Positions 26,261-41,080 are shown, numbered from the stretch's first letter. The stretch is DNA of 64,000 nucleotides from Octopus sinensis (GCF_006345805.1 NC_043003.1:91202001-91266000), one strand, 5' to 3'. Numbers and translations are program-made. The notes: a model not told the origin generated them from the letters alone.

Positions 26261-27746
26261 TGCTGAAACCATAAGGGATTTCCCCTTCCAAGTGAATGTA
26301 CGTGAGGCATCATCTTGTTGCCAAGCATGTCCAGATACGAATCACCTGTCACAGAGCTTTCAAAACAAAATGGTTCAATTACTTGATTGTGCCAAATCCC
26401 GTATCATACCATTACCTTGTCCCTGCTTTGTTGGTTTTCTGCCTCCCTCCTCTTGTCCTCGTATGTAATCAACATTCGTATCTTCGCGGTGCACCCGCCC
26501 TACCCACCCCCACCACCAATACCGGATATCTATATTTTTGCTCCATCTACACCGGATGTTGCTTCTCCCACCACCATTATAGGTGTCTACTCTTCGAACC
26601 CCCCCTCTTCAATACGCTATTTCACCATGCATTACCCCTCTCTCGATATCCTACGTTCTACTTGCCTAGAACCTGTCATCATTTCTCTGAACCACCCCTC
26701 CCCACTGGTGCTCCCCTATATTTCTGCCCCCCCCCCCCATAAAAAGCACCATCCGAACGTGGCCGATGCCAGACCCCTCTGGCACCTGTGCAGGTGGCAC
26801 GTAAAAAACACCCACTACACTCGCGGAGTGGTTGGTGTTAGGAAGGGCATCCAGCTGTAGAAACACTGAAAGACTAGACTGGAGCCTGGGGCAGTCCCGA
26901 GCTCCCCAGACCCCGGTCGAAACCGTCCAACTCGTGCTAGCGCGGAAAACGGACGTTAAACGATGATGATGATGATGATATATATATATATACTAGCCCA
27001 TGTTACATGCAATTGAAGAATTAGACTTTTTCTGTTATATTTTCTCTAATGAACTGGAATACCTATGATTCAAATTTCATCAAAATTACAAATGAAGGTT
27101 CTTTCCCTCTTTACACACCCTAAAAAAATTCTAATCATGACACATGTATCCCATACTACTGATCTTTATGTGCAGATTCCAAAATTCCAGTCTTATGGAA
27201 CCTGTTAAAAGGATTTTGCTCCTGAAAAATAGAGGTCATTGAGCTCTAAAATATGGGAGTTAAGGCCCCTATTGGGGGTAGGTGTATTAATGTCAACCAG
27301 AGAAGTTGAATTGTTGAGAATTTTTTTAACTTGGTTCTAATATCTATTGTTTGAGTTTCTTTGAAATAGGAAATATATGTATGTTCACTGGGTTTGTAAA
27401 AGAGAACAAAGCTACAGAAAAACCAAAGGACGAATGATCACAATAAGCTGTCAGCTACCCTAGTCGTTACCACTCCCCAATGTAGGATTCCTCACCATAC
27501 AGGTGACAGGCACAGCTGTAAGATGCATTATGGATTTATAGCAATTGGAAGGGCGTGACCCAACTGAAATAAACATTAACAACTGTGTGACGTGAGGACT
27601 AAGGAGAAATGAAAGTGTCACCTCTTCATTAGGATTGGTGCAGTAGTTTTCAAATGTATAAGTAACACACGAACACACATAAAGACATTGACTTTTATAT
27701 AATAGATATGAATATGCACATATACATACATGTATGTGTGTGTGTG

Positions 27747-27803
<57 letters not shown>

Positions 27804-28321
27804 TACAAAAAGATAGATTGATAGATACAACTGAGTAGGCAAACAAAAATATGAGACACTGCTTAGTGCTTTTTTTTATTTTGATAAGCCTGGTACTTAT
27901 TCCTTCAGTTTCTTCTTGTCAAACCAGGAAGTTGTGGGATGTAAATAAACCAACAGTTTATTTACAGTTGTGAAGCAGTGATGAAGTAGAAACACACAGA
28001 CAAAGATACACACATACACTTACATATATACATACATATATATATATACGATTGATTTCTTTGAGCTTGTCACTCACAAAATCCACTTACAAGGCTTTAG
28101 TTGGTCTGAGGCTATAGCAGAAGACACATGCCAAGTCACCACACAGTGGGACTGAACCCAGGACCCTGTGTTTTGGAACCAAGTTTCTTACCACACTGCC
28201 ACACCTGCACCCATGTGTATATATGTGTGGGGGAGGTGCGTGTATGGGTGTATATATGTGTGCATGTATATATGTATATATATATGTATACATATTACAT
28301 GTACATCTATATATATATATA

Positions 28322-29654
28322 CATCATCATCATCATCATCATCGTTTAGCGTCCGCTTTCCATGCTAGCATGGGTTGGACGGGTCAACTGGGGTCTGTGA
28401 AGCTGGAAGGCTTCGTCAGGCCCAGTCAGATCTGGCAGTGTTTCTACGGCTGGATGCCCTTCCTAACGCCAACCACTCCGCGAGTGTAGTGGGTGTTTTT
28501 TACGTGCCACCTGGACAGGTGCCAGACAGAGCTGGCGAACGGCCACGAACGGATGGTGCTTTTACGTGTCACCGGCACGGGGCCAGGCGATGCTGGCAAC
28601 GGACACGAACGGATGGTGCTTTTACGTGCCACCGACACGGGGCCAGACAGAGCTGGCAACCGGCCACGAACGGACGGTGCTTTTACGTGTCACCGGCACG
28701 GGGGCCAGCCGAGGCTGGCAACGGACGCGAACGGATGGTGCTTTTACGTGCCACCGACACGGTTGCCAGACAGAGCTGGCAAACGGCCACGAGCGGACGG
28801 TGCTTTTACGTGTCACTGGCACGGGGCCCAGCCGAGGCTGGCAACGGACACGGACGGATGGTGCTTTTACGTGCCACCGACACGGGGCCAGACAGAGCTG
28901 GCAAACGGCCACGAACGGATGGTGCTTTTACATGCCACCGACACGGGGCCAGACAGAGCTGGCAAACGGCCACGAACGGACGGTGCTTTTACGTGTCACC
29001 GGCACGGGGCCAGGTGAGGCTGGCAACGAACACGAACGGATGGTGCTTTTACGTGCCACCGACACGGGGCCAGACAGAGCTGGCAAACAGCCATGAGCGA
29101 ATGGTGCTTTTACGTATCACCGGCACGGGTGCCAGACGAGGCTGACAGCGGACACGAACGGATGGGTCACTTAACCTGCTTTCTGATATATGATTTGATT
29201 TTGATTGTTCTCACTGGTCTTGCCGGGTCTTCTCACGCACAGCATACTTCCATAGGTCTCGGTCTCTGGTCATTTCCTTGGTGAGACCTAGAGTTCGAAG
29301 GTCGTGCTTCACCACCTCGACCCAGGTTCTCCTGGGTCTACCTCTTCCACAGGTCCCCTCAACTGCCAGGGTGTGGCACTTTTTCACACACCTATCTTCA
29401 TCCATTCTCACCACATGACCATACCAGCGCAATCGTCTCTCTTGCACACAACATCTGATTCCTCTTAGGTCCAACTTTTCTCTCAAGGTACTTACACTCT
29501 GTCGACTATGAACACTGACATTACACATCCAACGGAGCATACTAGCTTCATTTCTCGCGAGCTTACGCATGTCCTCAGCAGTCACGGCCCATGTTTCACT
29601 GCCATGTAGCATGGCTGTTCGTACACATGCATCATACAGTCTGCCTTTTACTCT
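28322..29654 (-). mobile_element. 5'-truncated RTE LINE (family A) with minisatellite 3' UTR
   Basis: MLHGSETW...MLRWMC...RLRWYGHVVRM...RGRPRRTW; (GAT)n tail. Confidence 0.92.
28490..29165. repeat. GC-rich minisatellite, ~11 units of ~61 bp, two alternating unit types
   Basis: ggtgcttttac recurs about every 60-62 bp. Confidence 0.9.
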
Positions 29655-29822
29655 ACACATATACATGTATACTCTATACATCTACACATATACATGTATA
29701 CATAAACATCTATATCTATATATATATACATCTATACATATACATGAATACATATACATCTATATATATACATGTGTGTATATATATATATACATCTATA
29801 TATACATTTGTGCAGATATATT

Positions 29823-29854
<32 letters not shown>

Positions 29855-29862
29855 ATATACAT

Positions 29863-29900
<38 letters not shown>

Positions 29901-29930
29901 TGTATGTATGTATGTATGTATGTATGTATG

Positions 29931-30078
29931 TTACAACTACAGCCGGCTATTACCAGTAAAGGTTTTGTACAAGACATTATAGATCTTTAGCTGGGCTAAA
30001 AAGTCACATCCGATCACAGCACCAGTAACAGTTAAGCTTCGTGCAATGGCCATACTCGATAACGAGGGGGCACCCATA
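29931..30078 (+). mobile_element. Very short 3' fragment of RTE family B inside (TATG)n
   Basis: Matches 57873-58031 apart from a small deletion and a few substitutions. Confidence 0.9.
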
Positions 30079-30412
30079 ATGTATGTATGTATATATGTGA
30101 GATAATAGTTTCACTTTAATAGTTTCAGTATTAAAGTGAAACTATTAAAGTGAAAATATCTGACATTACAATAGAGAGATTTTATTGTTTCACTTTTGAC
30201 ACGTAATACTGAAATAGTGGAGAAGATATGATATCGCTCTGGGCTCACACTAGGTAAGAAGTTAAAAATTTTGGGGCCCATGACACTACATGGACCCTAT
30301 GTAAGGCATGTTTAAAATTTGAATGAAATTGGTTGTGTAGTTCGCAAGTTTTAGGCATTCACACAGACACACAGACAGATAGACACACATTCTCATCTTT
30401 ATATATATAGAT

Positions 30413-33400
30413 ATCATCATCATTTAACAATCACTTTCTATGCTGGCACGAATTGGACCAGACTGGCAGAGTTTCTACAACTGGATGCCCTTCCTTATGC
30501 CAACCACTCCGAGAGTGTTGTGGGTGCTTTTATGTGCCACTGGCATGAGGGCCAGTCAGGCGGTACAGCCATGCTCAATGGTGTTTTTTACGTGCCACCT
30601 GCACAGGAGCCAGTCCAGCGGCACTGGCAATGACCTCGCTCGAATGCCTTTTTCACGTGCAGCCAGCACAAGTGCCAGTAAGGTGACGCTTGTAATGATC
30701 ATGCTCGAATGGTGCTTTTTACATGCCACTGGCATGGAAGCCACTCAGCTGCTCTGGCAACAATTACGCTGTGATGGTGCTCTTACGCACTCTACTAGTC
30801 TGGATGACAGTCATCGAATTTGATTACGATTTCAATTTCACTTGCCTCAACAGGTCTTCACAAGCAGAATTTAGTGTCCAAGGAAGGATAGGTACACATA
30901 AGTGGGCTGGTTACACCCCTGGCATAGGCCACAGGTTATGGTCTCATAAACAGCATATTTCCAAAGGTCTCGGTCACTAGTCATTGCCTTGGTGAGGCCT
31001 AATGTTCGAAGGTCGTGTTTCACCACCTCATCCCAGGTCTTCCTGGGTCTACCTCTTCCACAGGTTCCCTCAACCGCTAGAGTGTGGGACTTTTTCACAC
31101 AGCTATCCTCATTCATTCTTGCTACATGACTATACCAGTGCAGTCGTCTCTCTTGCACACCACATCTGATGCTTCTTAGGTCCAACTTTTCTCTTAAGGT
31201 ACTTACACTCTGTTGAGTATGCACACTGACATTACACATCCAGTGGAGCATACTGGCTTCATTCCTTGCGAGCTTACGAATGTCCTCAGCAGTCACGGCC
31301 CATGTTTCACTGCCATATAGCATGGCTGTTCATACACATGCATTATACAGTCTACCTTTTACTCTGAGCGAGAGGCCTTTTGTCACCAGCACTCTCTGAA
31401 CTTTGCCCAGGCTATTCTTATTCTAGTAGCTACATTTTCAGCACACCCTCCCCTGCTGTTGAATTGGTCACCTAGGTAATGGAAGCTATCAACTACTTCT
31501 AGTTTTTCTCCCTGGAATGTGGCGGAAGTTGTTCTCTGCACATTTTCAGTGTTTATTGCTCCTGAGCATCTGCCGCATACAAAAACTATCTTCCCAGTTT
31601 GCCTTCCTTTGATATTGCTGCACCTCTTATGTGTCCATAGCTTACACTGAGTACATCTAATGGAGTTTCTACTTACGCCTTTTCTACGGATCGAGCAGGG
31701 CCATCTACCTGAAGGGATTTGTGGTTTGTCTGCCCTCTTACTTATTAGGGCTTTGGTTTTAGCTAGGTTGACTCTAAGGCCCTTCTATTCTAATCTTTGC
31801 TTCCACACCTGAAACTTCTCCTCTAGTTCTGATAGTAACTCAGCAATTACAGCAAGGTCATAAGCATAGAGGAGCTCCCAGGGGCATCCTGTCATAAATT
31901 CCTCCATTATTACCTGGAGGACTATGATAAATAGGAGGGAGCTGAGGACTGAACCTTGGTGGACCCCAACCTCTACCCAGAATTCTTCACTGTACTCATT
32001 GCCAACCCTCACCTTACTGATAGCATCCATGTACATGGCTTGTACAGCTCTCACTAACCATTCATCTATCCCTAGTTTCCTCATTGACCACCAGATAAGG
32101 GATTGGGGGACCCTGTCAAAGGCTTTCTCCATGTCAACAAAAGCCAGGTACAGAGGTTTATCTTTGGCTAGGTATTTCTCCTGGAGCTGTCTTACCAGAA
32201 ATATAGCATCAGTGGTGCTTTTCCCTGGCATGAACCCAAACTGCCTTTCATCTAAACTGACTCTCTCCCTAATTAGTTGGGCTATGACCCTCTCCATGAT
32301 CCAACATTACCTGATCCAACAACTTGATTCCTCTGTAGTTATTTGTATCTAAGGCATCACCTTTACCTTTGCAGCAGTTCACTATAGTGCTCCTATACCA
32401 GTCATTGGGTATGACTCCTTTGTGTATCACCTGGTTAACTATACGGGTGACTAGGCTATAGCCAACATTGCCAGATATCTTGAGAATCTCTGCAGTGATT
32501 CCTGATGGGCCAAGGGCTTTCCCTGTCTTCATACTCTTAATTGCTTTATCTACCAAGGTACTGTCAATTCGGATAGCTGTTCCCTCTGTTGGGTCGACAT
32601 TCGGCAGATTATCTTTCTCCCATTCATTTTCTTTATTCAGCAACCTTTCATAGTGGTGTCTCCAAACCTCTCTCTTTGCAGCCTCGTTTAGTGCAAGTGA
32701 ACCATCATCCATGTGAACACATTTCTCTCCAACCACATCATGATTCTCTCTCACACAATGTCTTACAACACGAAATACCTCAAGTCTTTGGTCCTCATGG
32801 CACAGAACATTGGCAAATTTTTTCTTATCTGCTTCCCCTCTGGCTAAATAAACCTATCTCCTAGCTTCCCTTCTGGCAGTCTGATACAATTCCTTGCTAC
32901 CACTGTTCTTATAGCCCTGTCAACAATATTGTTCCACCACCACATTATTTTGGGTTGAGAGGGGACTTTGCACCATCCACAGATCTGGTCAGTGGCCCTC
33001 AGCAGGCTGTCCCATAGAAACGTCCAATTGTCTTTCACATCATGTGAAGCTATATCTCTTTCTATTTTGTCAAAGGCTTCGAGTAATATGTCTCTAAATC
33101 TCTGTCCATTCACAGGATCTGTAAGCTTCCATACCCTTCTCCTCCATGCTGCCCTGATCCTGAAGTCGCTAACTACCAGTCTATGTTGTGGGGTACATTC
33201 TTCACCTGGGAAAGTTTTGGCATTTATAAGCAGCCATCTTTCCCTTTTTCTGGCAAGGATGTAGTCAATTTGGCAGGTATGTCAGCCCGATTGGTAGGTG
33301 ACTAGGTGGCTGGTAGGTTTCCTGAAATTAGTATTGCAAACCATAAGATCATTTGCATCGCAGAGCTCCAGCAGCCTTGTTCTCTTCTCTTTGTGGGAAC

Positions 33401-33914
33401 CAAAACCGTAGCCTCCATGTATGCCATGGAAGCCCCCTGTATGTTGTCCAACATGTCCATTGAAGTAACCAGCCACAAAGAGAAGGTCCCTGTCATGCAA
33501 GAGGGTGTCATAAAATCGGTCTTTCTGTCCATCAGGTAGCTTCAGCAGTGGGGCATAGGCCAAGATAATGGTTGCTAACCCATGATGGAGCACTAATCTA
33601 ATCTTAAGTATTCTGTCGCATACTCTGACTCTCTCGATTACCTTATCAACCCATTTCTCCACAAGAAGTGTATCCACGCCCCCAACCCCGTCAGTGTTCC
33701 CTTCCCAGAAAAATCTTGAACCTGTGTTCTTTGCCTGTGAGGAACCTAGTGGAACCACCTTACTTCTTGGAGGCAGCACAAATCGATACATCTCTGTTCA
33801 AGCATCTCAACAATCTCACCAAACCTACCTTTCAGTGTGCCGACTTTGAGAATGCCAACCCTGAGAGTGTGAGAGATGTGGGCCCATGAGATCCTGGGAC
33901 GGGGGACAGTTGTG
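30413..33914 (-). mobile_element. Near-full-length decayed RTE LINE (family A): APE endonuclease + RT
   Basis: VGTL, GVGGV, AYAP, GYFNGHVG (EN); YRGIKLLD, QFGFMPGKSTTDAIF, FVDMEKAFD, GVHQGSVLS, LLYAYDL (RT); Cys-rich insert; YGSETW. Confidence 0.95.
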
Positions 33915-33975
33915 TCATATATATATATATATGCATATATATATATATATATATGCAGATATATACATGTGTGTG

Positions 33976-34024
<49 letters not shown>

Positions 34025-34334
34025 TATATATAATATATATATATATACATACATACATACATACAAACATATGTACATATATATATACACACATATATAT
34101 ATACACACATAGATATATATGAATATATATCTAAGGTATGTTTGTTCCCAAACAACACTTATTTTAGTGCTATTAGTTGAATGCTACTGCCCGGCTTGAA
34201 TGCTACTGCCCAGGTGTTGAAACCATAGTGATATCTGTGGGGCAGCTGATGATGGAGGTGTGTTGGATTATTGGTATGGTTGTTATTGTATGTGTGGAAT
34301 AGTTTTATAACACATCCATTTGATATATATATAT

Positions 34335-34561
34335 ATTTCTTTACTACCCACAAGGGGTTAAACACTGAGGGGACAAAGACAGACAAACGGATTAAGTCGA
34401 TTACATCAACCCCAGTGCGTAACTGGTACTTAATTTATCGACCCCGAAAGGATGAAAGGCAAAGTCGACCTCGGCGGAATTTGAACTCGGAACGTAACGA
34501 CAGATGAAATACGGCTACGCATTTCGCCCGGCGTGCTAACGATTCTGCCAGCTCGCCGCCT
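34335..34561 (-). mobile_element. Well-preserved tRNA-derived SINE (Nin-domain-like)
   Basis: ggcggcgagctggcagaatcgttagc...gagttcaaattccgccgaggtcgactttgcc; other copies 34755-34945 (+), 49110-49290 (+), 49500-49910 (two, -), 60735-60920 (-). Confidence 0.85.
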
Positions 34562-37189
34562 TCCAGTGAGTGTGTGTGTGTGTATATATATAATGTGACA
34601 TATTACTTGACAGTCCCATTTAACGATCACAGCTATCAAACAGTTACTACCTGTCAATAACACAGGCAATCGTTTTACTGCCATATTTTATTGTATTTAT
34701 TATATATTTTATTTATTTTATTTTATTACGTTTTGTTTACTTTTTATCTTATGTTGGTGGTGGGTTAACAGAATTGTTACCCGGATGGACAAAATGCTTA
34801 GTGGCATTACTTTATACTTTACATTCAGAGTTCAAATACTGCTGGGGTAAAATTTGCCATTTCAGCCTTTCAGGGTTGATAAAGTAAGTGACAGTTGAGC
34901 ATTGTGGTCAGTATAATTTCAGGCCTTGTGCCTTGATACAACTTGAATAGAACCAACTATTTTAATTTTTTCGTTAGGTTTCTTGCATTTTATTTTTCTC
35001 ATTGTTTTGTTTCTTTTACCCTTTCCCAAAACATATTTTAACTTAAATATTGCACTTATCAATACAGATGTAAATGGGTTAAATTGGATCCCCATCAGCT
35101 TTAATGGTGAGTTTCCATATAGGTCAATCAATGAAACAGCCAACTCTTTGAATTATAGGTGACTGAGTATTCCACACATGTCTATCCTTAGCAGAATTTT
35201 GATGGAGAATCAACGTAACCTAAAGTGTCATAAGGTCGATCATATGGATTTATGAGTGCAAATTGATCAAACAGACTTTTGTTGATCCAATTTCGCTCAC
35301 CAAACTTGGAGTTGACCTGAAGCTATTCTAAAAAGAAGGGAAAAGAACCCTTGCTCAATATTCTATGTAATGGGATAGAACCCAGCTCTTAGTAATTGCA
35401 AAGCAAACATCTTAACCATTCAGCCATGCCTCCAATCAATACTCCATGTATATGATGTGTGTGTATGTGTGTGTGTGTGTGTGTCTTTGTATGTAGCTAT
35501 ACACACACACACACATTTATAAGCAAAAGTATCACATTTATTCCTTGGTTACAATGTGTGGATTAAATAATTTATTTAACAAATTGGAAAACAGGAATAT
35601 ACACCATATATTGATTACATGATATTGATTATATGTGTAAAAACCCATAGCAATTTCCTCGTGACCAGACAAATAAATTAATACAAAAAAGCTTTGATGA
35701 ATTTATCTATATATATGTGTGTGCGTGTGAGTGTGCATGTGTTTGTGTGTGTGTGTGAGAGAGAAGGAGATACAGAGAGAGAGAGAGATTATGTGTGTGA
35801 GAGAGAGAGAGATTGCGTGTGAGAGAGAGAGATTGTGTGTGTGTGTGAGAGAGAGATTGTATGTGTGTGTGTGTGTGTCTGTGTAACTGTCTAAAATTCT
35901 GCCATATTTCCTTCCATAACTACCATTTCTGACAAGTGCAGTGTTACGTAATAGAGCTGTTGTTCAACATCTCACTGAGCCCACAATGCAAAACCCATTG
36001 GGAAGATTCTTAGGTTAAATGTAAGTTCAACAGAGATAAACGTTTTTACTCTCTGTTGTTCACTGATTTGCATCCAAGTTTTCAACATGTATAAATACAG
36101 TACCCAAACTCAGTTCTATCTCTTTCACTTGGCCCCACACTGGAAGAGCACATCTTGCTTTTTCTCTCTTCAGTTATGGCTTGTCACCATAGGACAATGC
36201 AACTCTCTACTTGTCAACACAGAGTGGTAACTTCTTTTACTCTTTCTCTCTCTTTTTTCCATCTATCTTGTGACTTCTAGTAGTCACTTACAGATGAACT
36301 TAATGACTTGCAAAATGGATTCTGGAACTAAAAGTAATCTTTGTACAACAACAATTCGACAAAGTTGTATCTTACATTGTAGTAATAATTCTCCTCTCAT
36401 TTATTTGGTGCATATAATCGTTACACATACACACACACACACATACATATATGGCTCCTTTGCTCAGCTTGTTAGTAGTACATCTGTCTAGCAAACTGGA
36501 GGAAGCCAAGAACTCAAATCTCTCTGGAGCCTTTACTTTTTACAAGATGGTATTCAAGTATGGTTGCAGTCTGATGACTGAAACAAGTAAAAAATTATAT
36601 GTGTGTGTGTGTATGCACACACACATATATACATATATATATATATAATGGCAATTTATGTCTGTCTGTCTGTTACCATCTTGCTGCCCAAACCAGGGAA
36701 TCAATCTTCACCAAACTTTGCATACATGTTGAACCAGTTCAATTATATGCTAATTGGATTTCAATAAAAATCGATAATGAACCAACTACAGGGGTTGGGC
36801 TACTACATGATAAAATGAGACGGGGGTGCTAAATGTTAGGTTCAGGAAAATGTGGCAGAATGAGGCTGGCTGATATCAGGGAAGGGAAGGAGAAGAGAAG
36901 AGATTGACACATAGGGAATGTAAGAGGCAGACAGAGAGAACAACAGACAGGGACACTTCCATATATATAAAAGTGTGTGTGTGGGGGGTGCATATCTTTC
37001 TTATGCATTCAAAAACTGAGTTGCCAATTTTAACGTTTGGTGTATCAAAAGATTTAGTAATCTTACAACTGCCAAATAAACTTTATTTTCATTTACATAT
37101 TTGCATTACAAAAATTTACATTATTAATTTTTTCTATAGTCAACTATTCTTAAGATTTATACCACGACAACAACAATGATAAAGTCACA

Positions 37190-37420
37190 TTTTCTATATA
37201 AGTATGAACCTTAAAAGATATCCATTTCTCTATAAGTTATGAGGAAATACAGTCACTCACTTTCTCTCCCACATGCACACACACACATACATACAAAAAA
37301 AATGTATGCATATGTATTTATGTACATGTATATGAAAGATAATGTGTGAGAGAGAGAGGGGGAGATTGAGTGGGTGCCATTTACACATACATGCAAAAAA
37401 TATATACTTGACAATAGACG

Positions 37421-37461
<41 letters not shown>

Positions 37462-37801
37462 AGACACACACACACACATGCACACACACAAAAACACACA
37501 CACACACATGTTCATTTCATATACATGAACATACATCTTTCACTTTCTCCTCTCATTCACTTTCTGCTCTCACTTCAAAGCAAATGTTGCCTTTTCACTT
37601 TCTCCTCTCTTTCAATTTCTGCTTTCTTCAAAACATAAAGAAATGAAAAATTTTTACAGAAATTAATGAACAGTTATATGATCCCATACAATCGACCAAA
37701 TGATCATATTGACAACTTTACTGCTTGAAACGAAAGAATGCCATAAAATAACTTCCTTTGGCACACACACACACACACACATACACACGCATGGCACACA
37801 T

Positions 37802-37850
<49 letters not shown>
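37190..37850. repeat. Dispersed microsatellite-bearing repeat; inverted copy at 61770-62500
   Basis: 37530-37760 matches the reverse complement of 61834-62050; 37190-37258 matches 62435-62495. Confidence 0.8.
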
Positions 37851-37855
<5 letters not shown>

Positions 37856-38094
37856 GGTAAAAATTCTGTATGAATCATATTATTTCTTGCTTTCTGCATG
37901 TGCAAAATTAGTGCTCAAATCCAAATCTTTGACATAAATTTAAAAGGAAGTTCTCCTAGAAATCCTGTCCTTTACCTGTTGTTTCTAGCATGTCTGAGGT
38001 GACATTTGAGCCCCCACCACCGATTAGTTTCCTAAATTTCTTCTGATTCCTATATTTTCAATACAGGAGATTAGGATTTCACCCAAAAAACATG

Positions 38095-38680
38095 TTCTCA
38101 ATATTTTAATTTTCTCCCTCCCCATCCCAATTTCTTCACTTTTACTTTTTTAGAATTTGTTTCTTGTTAATCCACAGAGAAAAAAAAACAGAGTACGAAT
38201 CCTTAAGAATTTTCTTTCTTTTTTCTTAAAGAAACACTAAAATCTCCTTCCCAAACATCCATCCATCACTTCACCACTTTCAAAAAGCTACAAACTCCCA
38301 ATGTTTTTCCTTTGGCTTTTTGGAAAGTGGTGAAGTTTCTTCAGAAATAATGTTGTTTCTAGCATGTTCGGTTTTCTCGTGGTGCCCTAATATTTTTTAT
38401 GTCTGCTATTTCAGTACAATTCTACGCATGCGTGAAATATCAGACAAAAGTGAAACTTTGGGTGTTTCTAGCTTTTTGAAAGCCGATAGGTAATGGATGT
38501 GTGAGATGGGGGAAGCGGCATTGAGTGTTTCTTTAAGAAAAATTAAACTTTAAAAAAATATTTACCAGATTCATAATCTCTATATTTTTTTACATGGATA
38601 AAAAAAAGAAAAAATTTGTTAAAAAAGTTACAAATTTAGAAATTGTGGTGGGGATGGGGGGAAACTAAAATTTTGAAACT
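38095..38680. mobile_element. Old fold-back element with ~200-bp degenerate inverted arms
   Basis: tttcttaaagaaacact...ttcaaaaagcta mirrored by tagctttttgaa...agtgtttctttaagaaa. Confidence 0.65.
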
Positions 38681-38999
38681 GATTTCAGGGCAAAATTGCA
38701 CTAAGCCCTTTTTTATGTGATGAAACAATACATGGTTTGTGATTATTCTTAAGAACAGAAAGCACTTTCATGCAAACCCATGCAAATTGTATCCCCACCT
38801 CCACTTCACTTTTAAACAAACAATAACTTCCATTATGCCAGTAATCCAGTTCACTATGTACCAGCTGTACTGATTCTGCCCATAAGAAAGGATCAAGTAA
38901 TACAATATGGTTGTATGTCATAACACCTGAGCAACACTGGGATGTATTGTTAGTGTATGTGTGTGTGTATACATACATACATTGGACGATTTGCCCTGA

Positions 39000-41080
39000 G
39001 GAATTCCTATCTTTATAGGAGGAGGTTTCGTCAGACATATAAACAAAAAGTAAAGATGACAGTTTTCCTGCATCAGCTGTTAGACTGTTGTCTGGTCAAG
39101 AAAGTAATACAGCATCAAAATTGTATATCCCAAACAATACTTCCACTCTGCTTACCATTCCAGTTTCACTCAGATATGTGTAGATCACAAAGTCATAGCC
39201 CATGTTGGAAATCCTGATCTCGTTGATGGCTACTACATCCATAGCTAGCTACCTGATGTCATTGAGCAGGTACCTCTGCTTCCATGATGACCCCAGGCCA
39301 CGTGTATTTATGCTACACTTTCTTAAGGCTACTATATTGGTAGGAAAGAAGGAAAGATGAAATAAGACACTCTTCCTTAATGGTTTTCCTGTAGGCAGTT
39401 GGGTGTATCAAAACCCCTTCTCTGCATGGAGTTCCTTGGGAAAACTCTGAAGTAGCCTATTTGAGTCCCTGATGCTTGACCTCTGAATGTTGTATGGGAA
39501 ATTCTCCCGTTTCCTGGTATCTCTCCATTGGTAGTCTTGCCAGTTTCAGTTCATCTAGGACTTTAGGTGTACTTTTACTAAAAAACATCCTGCTCTGTCT
39601 CTGGGTTTCCTTTTTGTACTATGTAAGAGAGCGATTCTTTATTTTTTTTCCCATACTAACACAGAGTTGGATGTGGATGCAATTTGTGCTATTGTGGTAG
39701 AGTTGTGTGATTAGGCAGTGTTGATATTTTTTTGGTAGTTGTTGAATTTGTGTGCTTGACTGCTGGTTTTTCACATCTGTGTTCATTGTTTCATTTGTGT
39801 ATTTTCATTTTTTTGTTTTTATTGTATTGGTGGTATTGATGGTGTACATGTAGATTTAATGTTGTTTGGGATTGATGTGGAGTTAATGTTGTTCTGTGTT
39901 TTGTTCCTTTCTTGTTTTCTTGGCCAACCCTTCTCAATACTGTGGGATGACGTCAGCAGCTGGACGTCAGCAACCGGGTGCGTTGACCGGAAGCTGGGGC
40001 AACCGGAAGGGGTCAGCTGTCAGGCGTGCGCAGGGAGCGGTGAATTGGGCCTCTCCAACGTGGGTCGTGCAGGTGACAAGACATGTGAGGATGTCGCTAA
40101 GGGTTTGGGCTAGCAGCTGCTATCGTTAGTGTTCGGGTCAGGGCTGTGTGGAAGGACTAGTCACCACTGGAGGGTCTCCATCACCAAGAAGAGAAGGTAG
40201 GTGCCTCTATATTCAAATCGCGCATACACTACATACCAGTGACATAGTCGGGAGACTCTGCCTCCGACGAGGACAGCAGTGTGTTTTCTTGTGTGTTTAT
40301 GTCCATGTTCATGCAAGTCGAAGAAGGAGAAGGAAGAGGAAAAGGAGCAGAGCAAAAAGTGGTGCAATTCTTGAATGGCAATTCATTTTTTAAAGTCATT
40401 ATTTTCTGTCACCTCAGTTACTACTGCTTACAGATTTGCTGATGCACAACTGCTATTACTGTTTCAACATTTTCTGCTACGGTTGTAGGTGTTGTAGTGG
40501 CTGCTGGCCCAGATGTAGTTATTTTAGCCGCCGTTTCTTTTTGCTACTAATGTTGCTTCTACTGTTGTTGTTGTTGTTCTTCTTCTTCTTCTTCTTCTTC
40601 TTCTCCCACCACCTCCATCCTCCTCCTCCTCCTTCTCTCCTCTTCCTCCATCTTGTAGCAGTGATGGTACCGGCAACAGTGTAGCTTTCCTTTCCCCTTT
40701 CTTGTTTTGGTTGTGTGGACAGAACGCTCGGGAGTGGTCAATTGTTCTACAGATTTGGCATCTTGGTTGTCTATCCTCCAGAATTTCTCACAATTCTTCC
40801 GCCATTTGGCAGGGAAATAAGGTCTGAAATCCTTTACAGCTGTTTGGGTTTTACATAAAGATGGACCTCCAGTGTGATACTAAACCAGTTTTCCTGTTTC
40901 ATTCACTTCATTCTAGGAGAGCATTACTTTCTTCCAACACTACGCATGCCAGGATCTGCCACAGATCTGGTTCAGATGGGACCCTTAGTATTGTCACTTT
41001 TACTATCCTTCTTCCAAAATAAATAAGAGAGTGATGTCCTCACTGCAGTGAGCGACCGCTGAATGTAAGGATTAGGCTTG
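39000..41080 (-). mobile_element. L1/Tx1-like LINE relic (ORF1 CCHC knuckle and ORF2 endonuclease start)
   Basis: EDRQPRCQICRTIDHSRAFCP at ~40785-40715; SINTRGLG...DVVAINE at ~39315-39220. Confidence 0.6.

Noticed and set aside
28490-29165. Regularly spaced repeats resembling a CRISPR array; three long overlapping ORFs
   Set aside because: The intervening sequences are themselves repeats, there are no cas genes, and the array lies in an RTE 3' UTR; the ORFs are by-products of a GC-rich minisatellite
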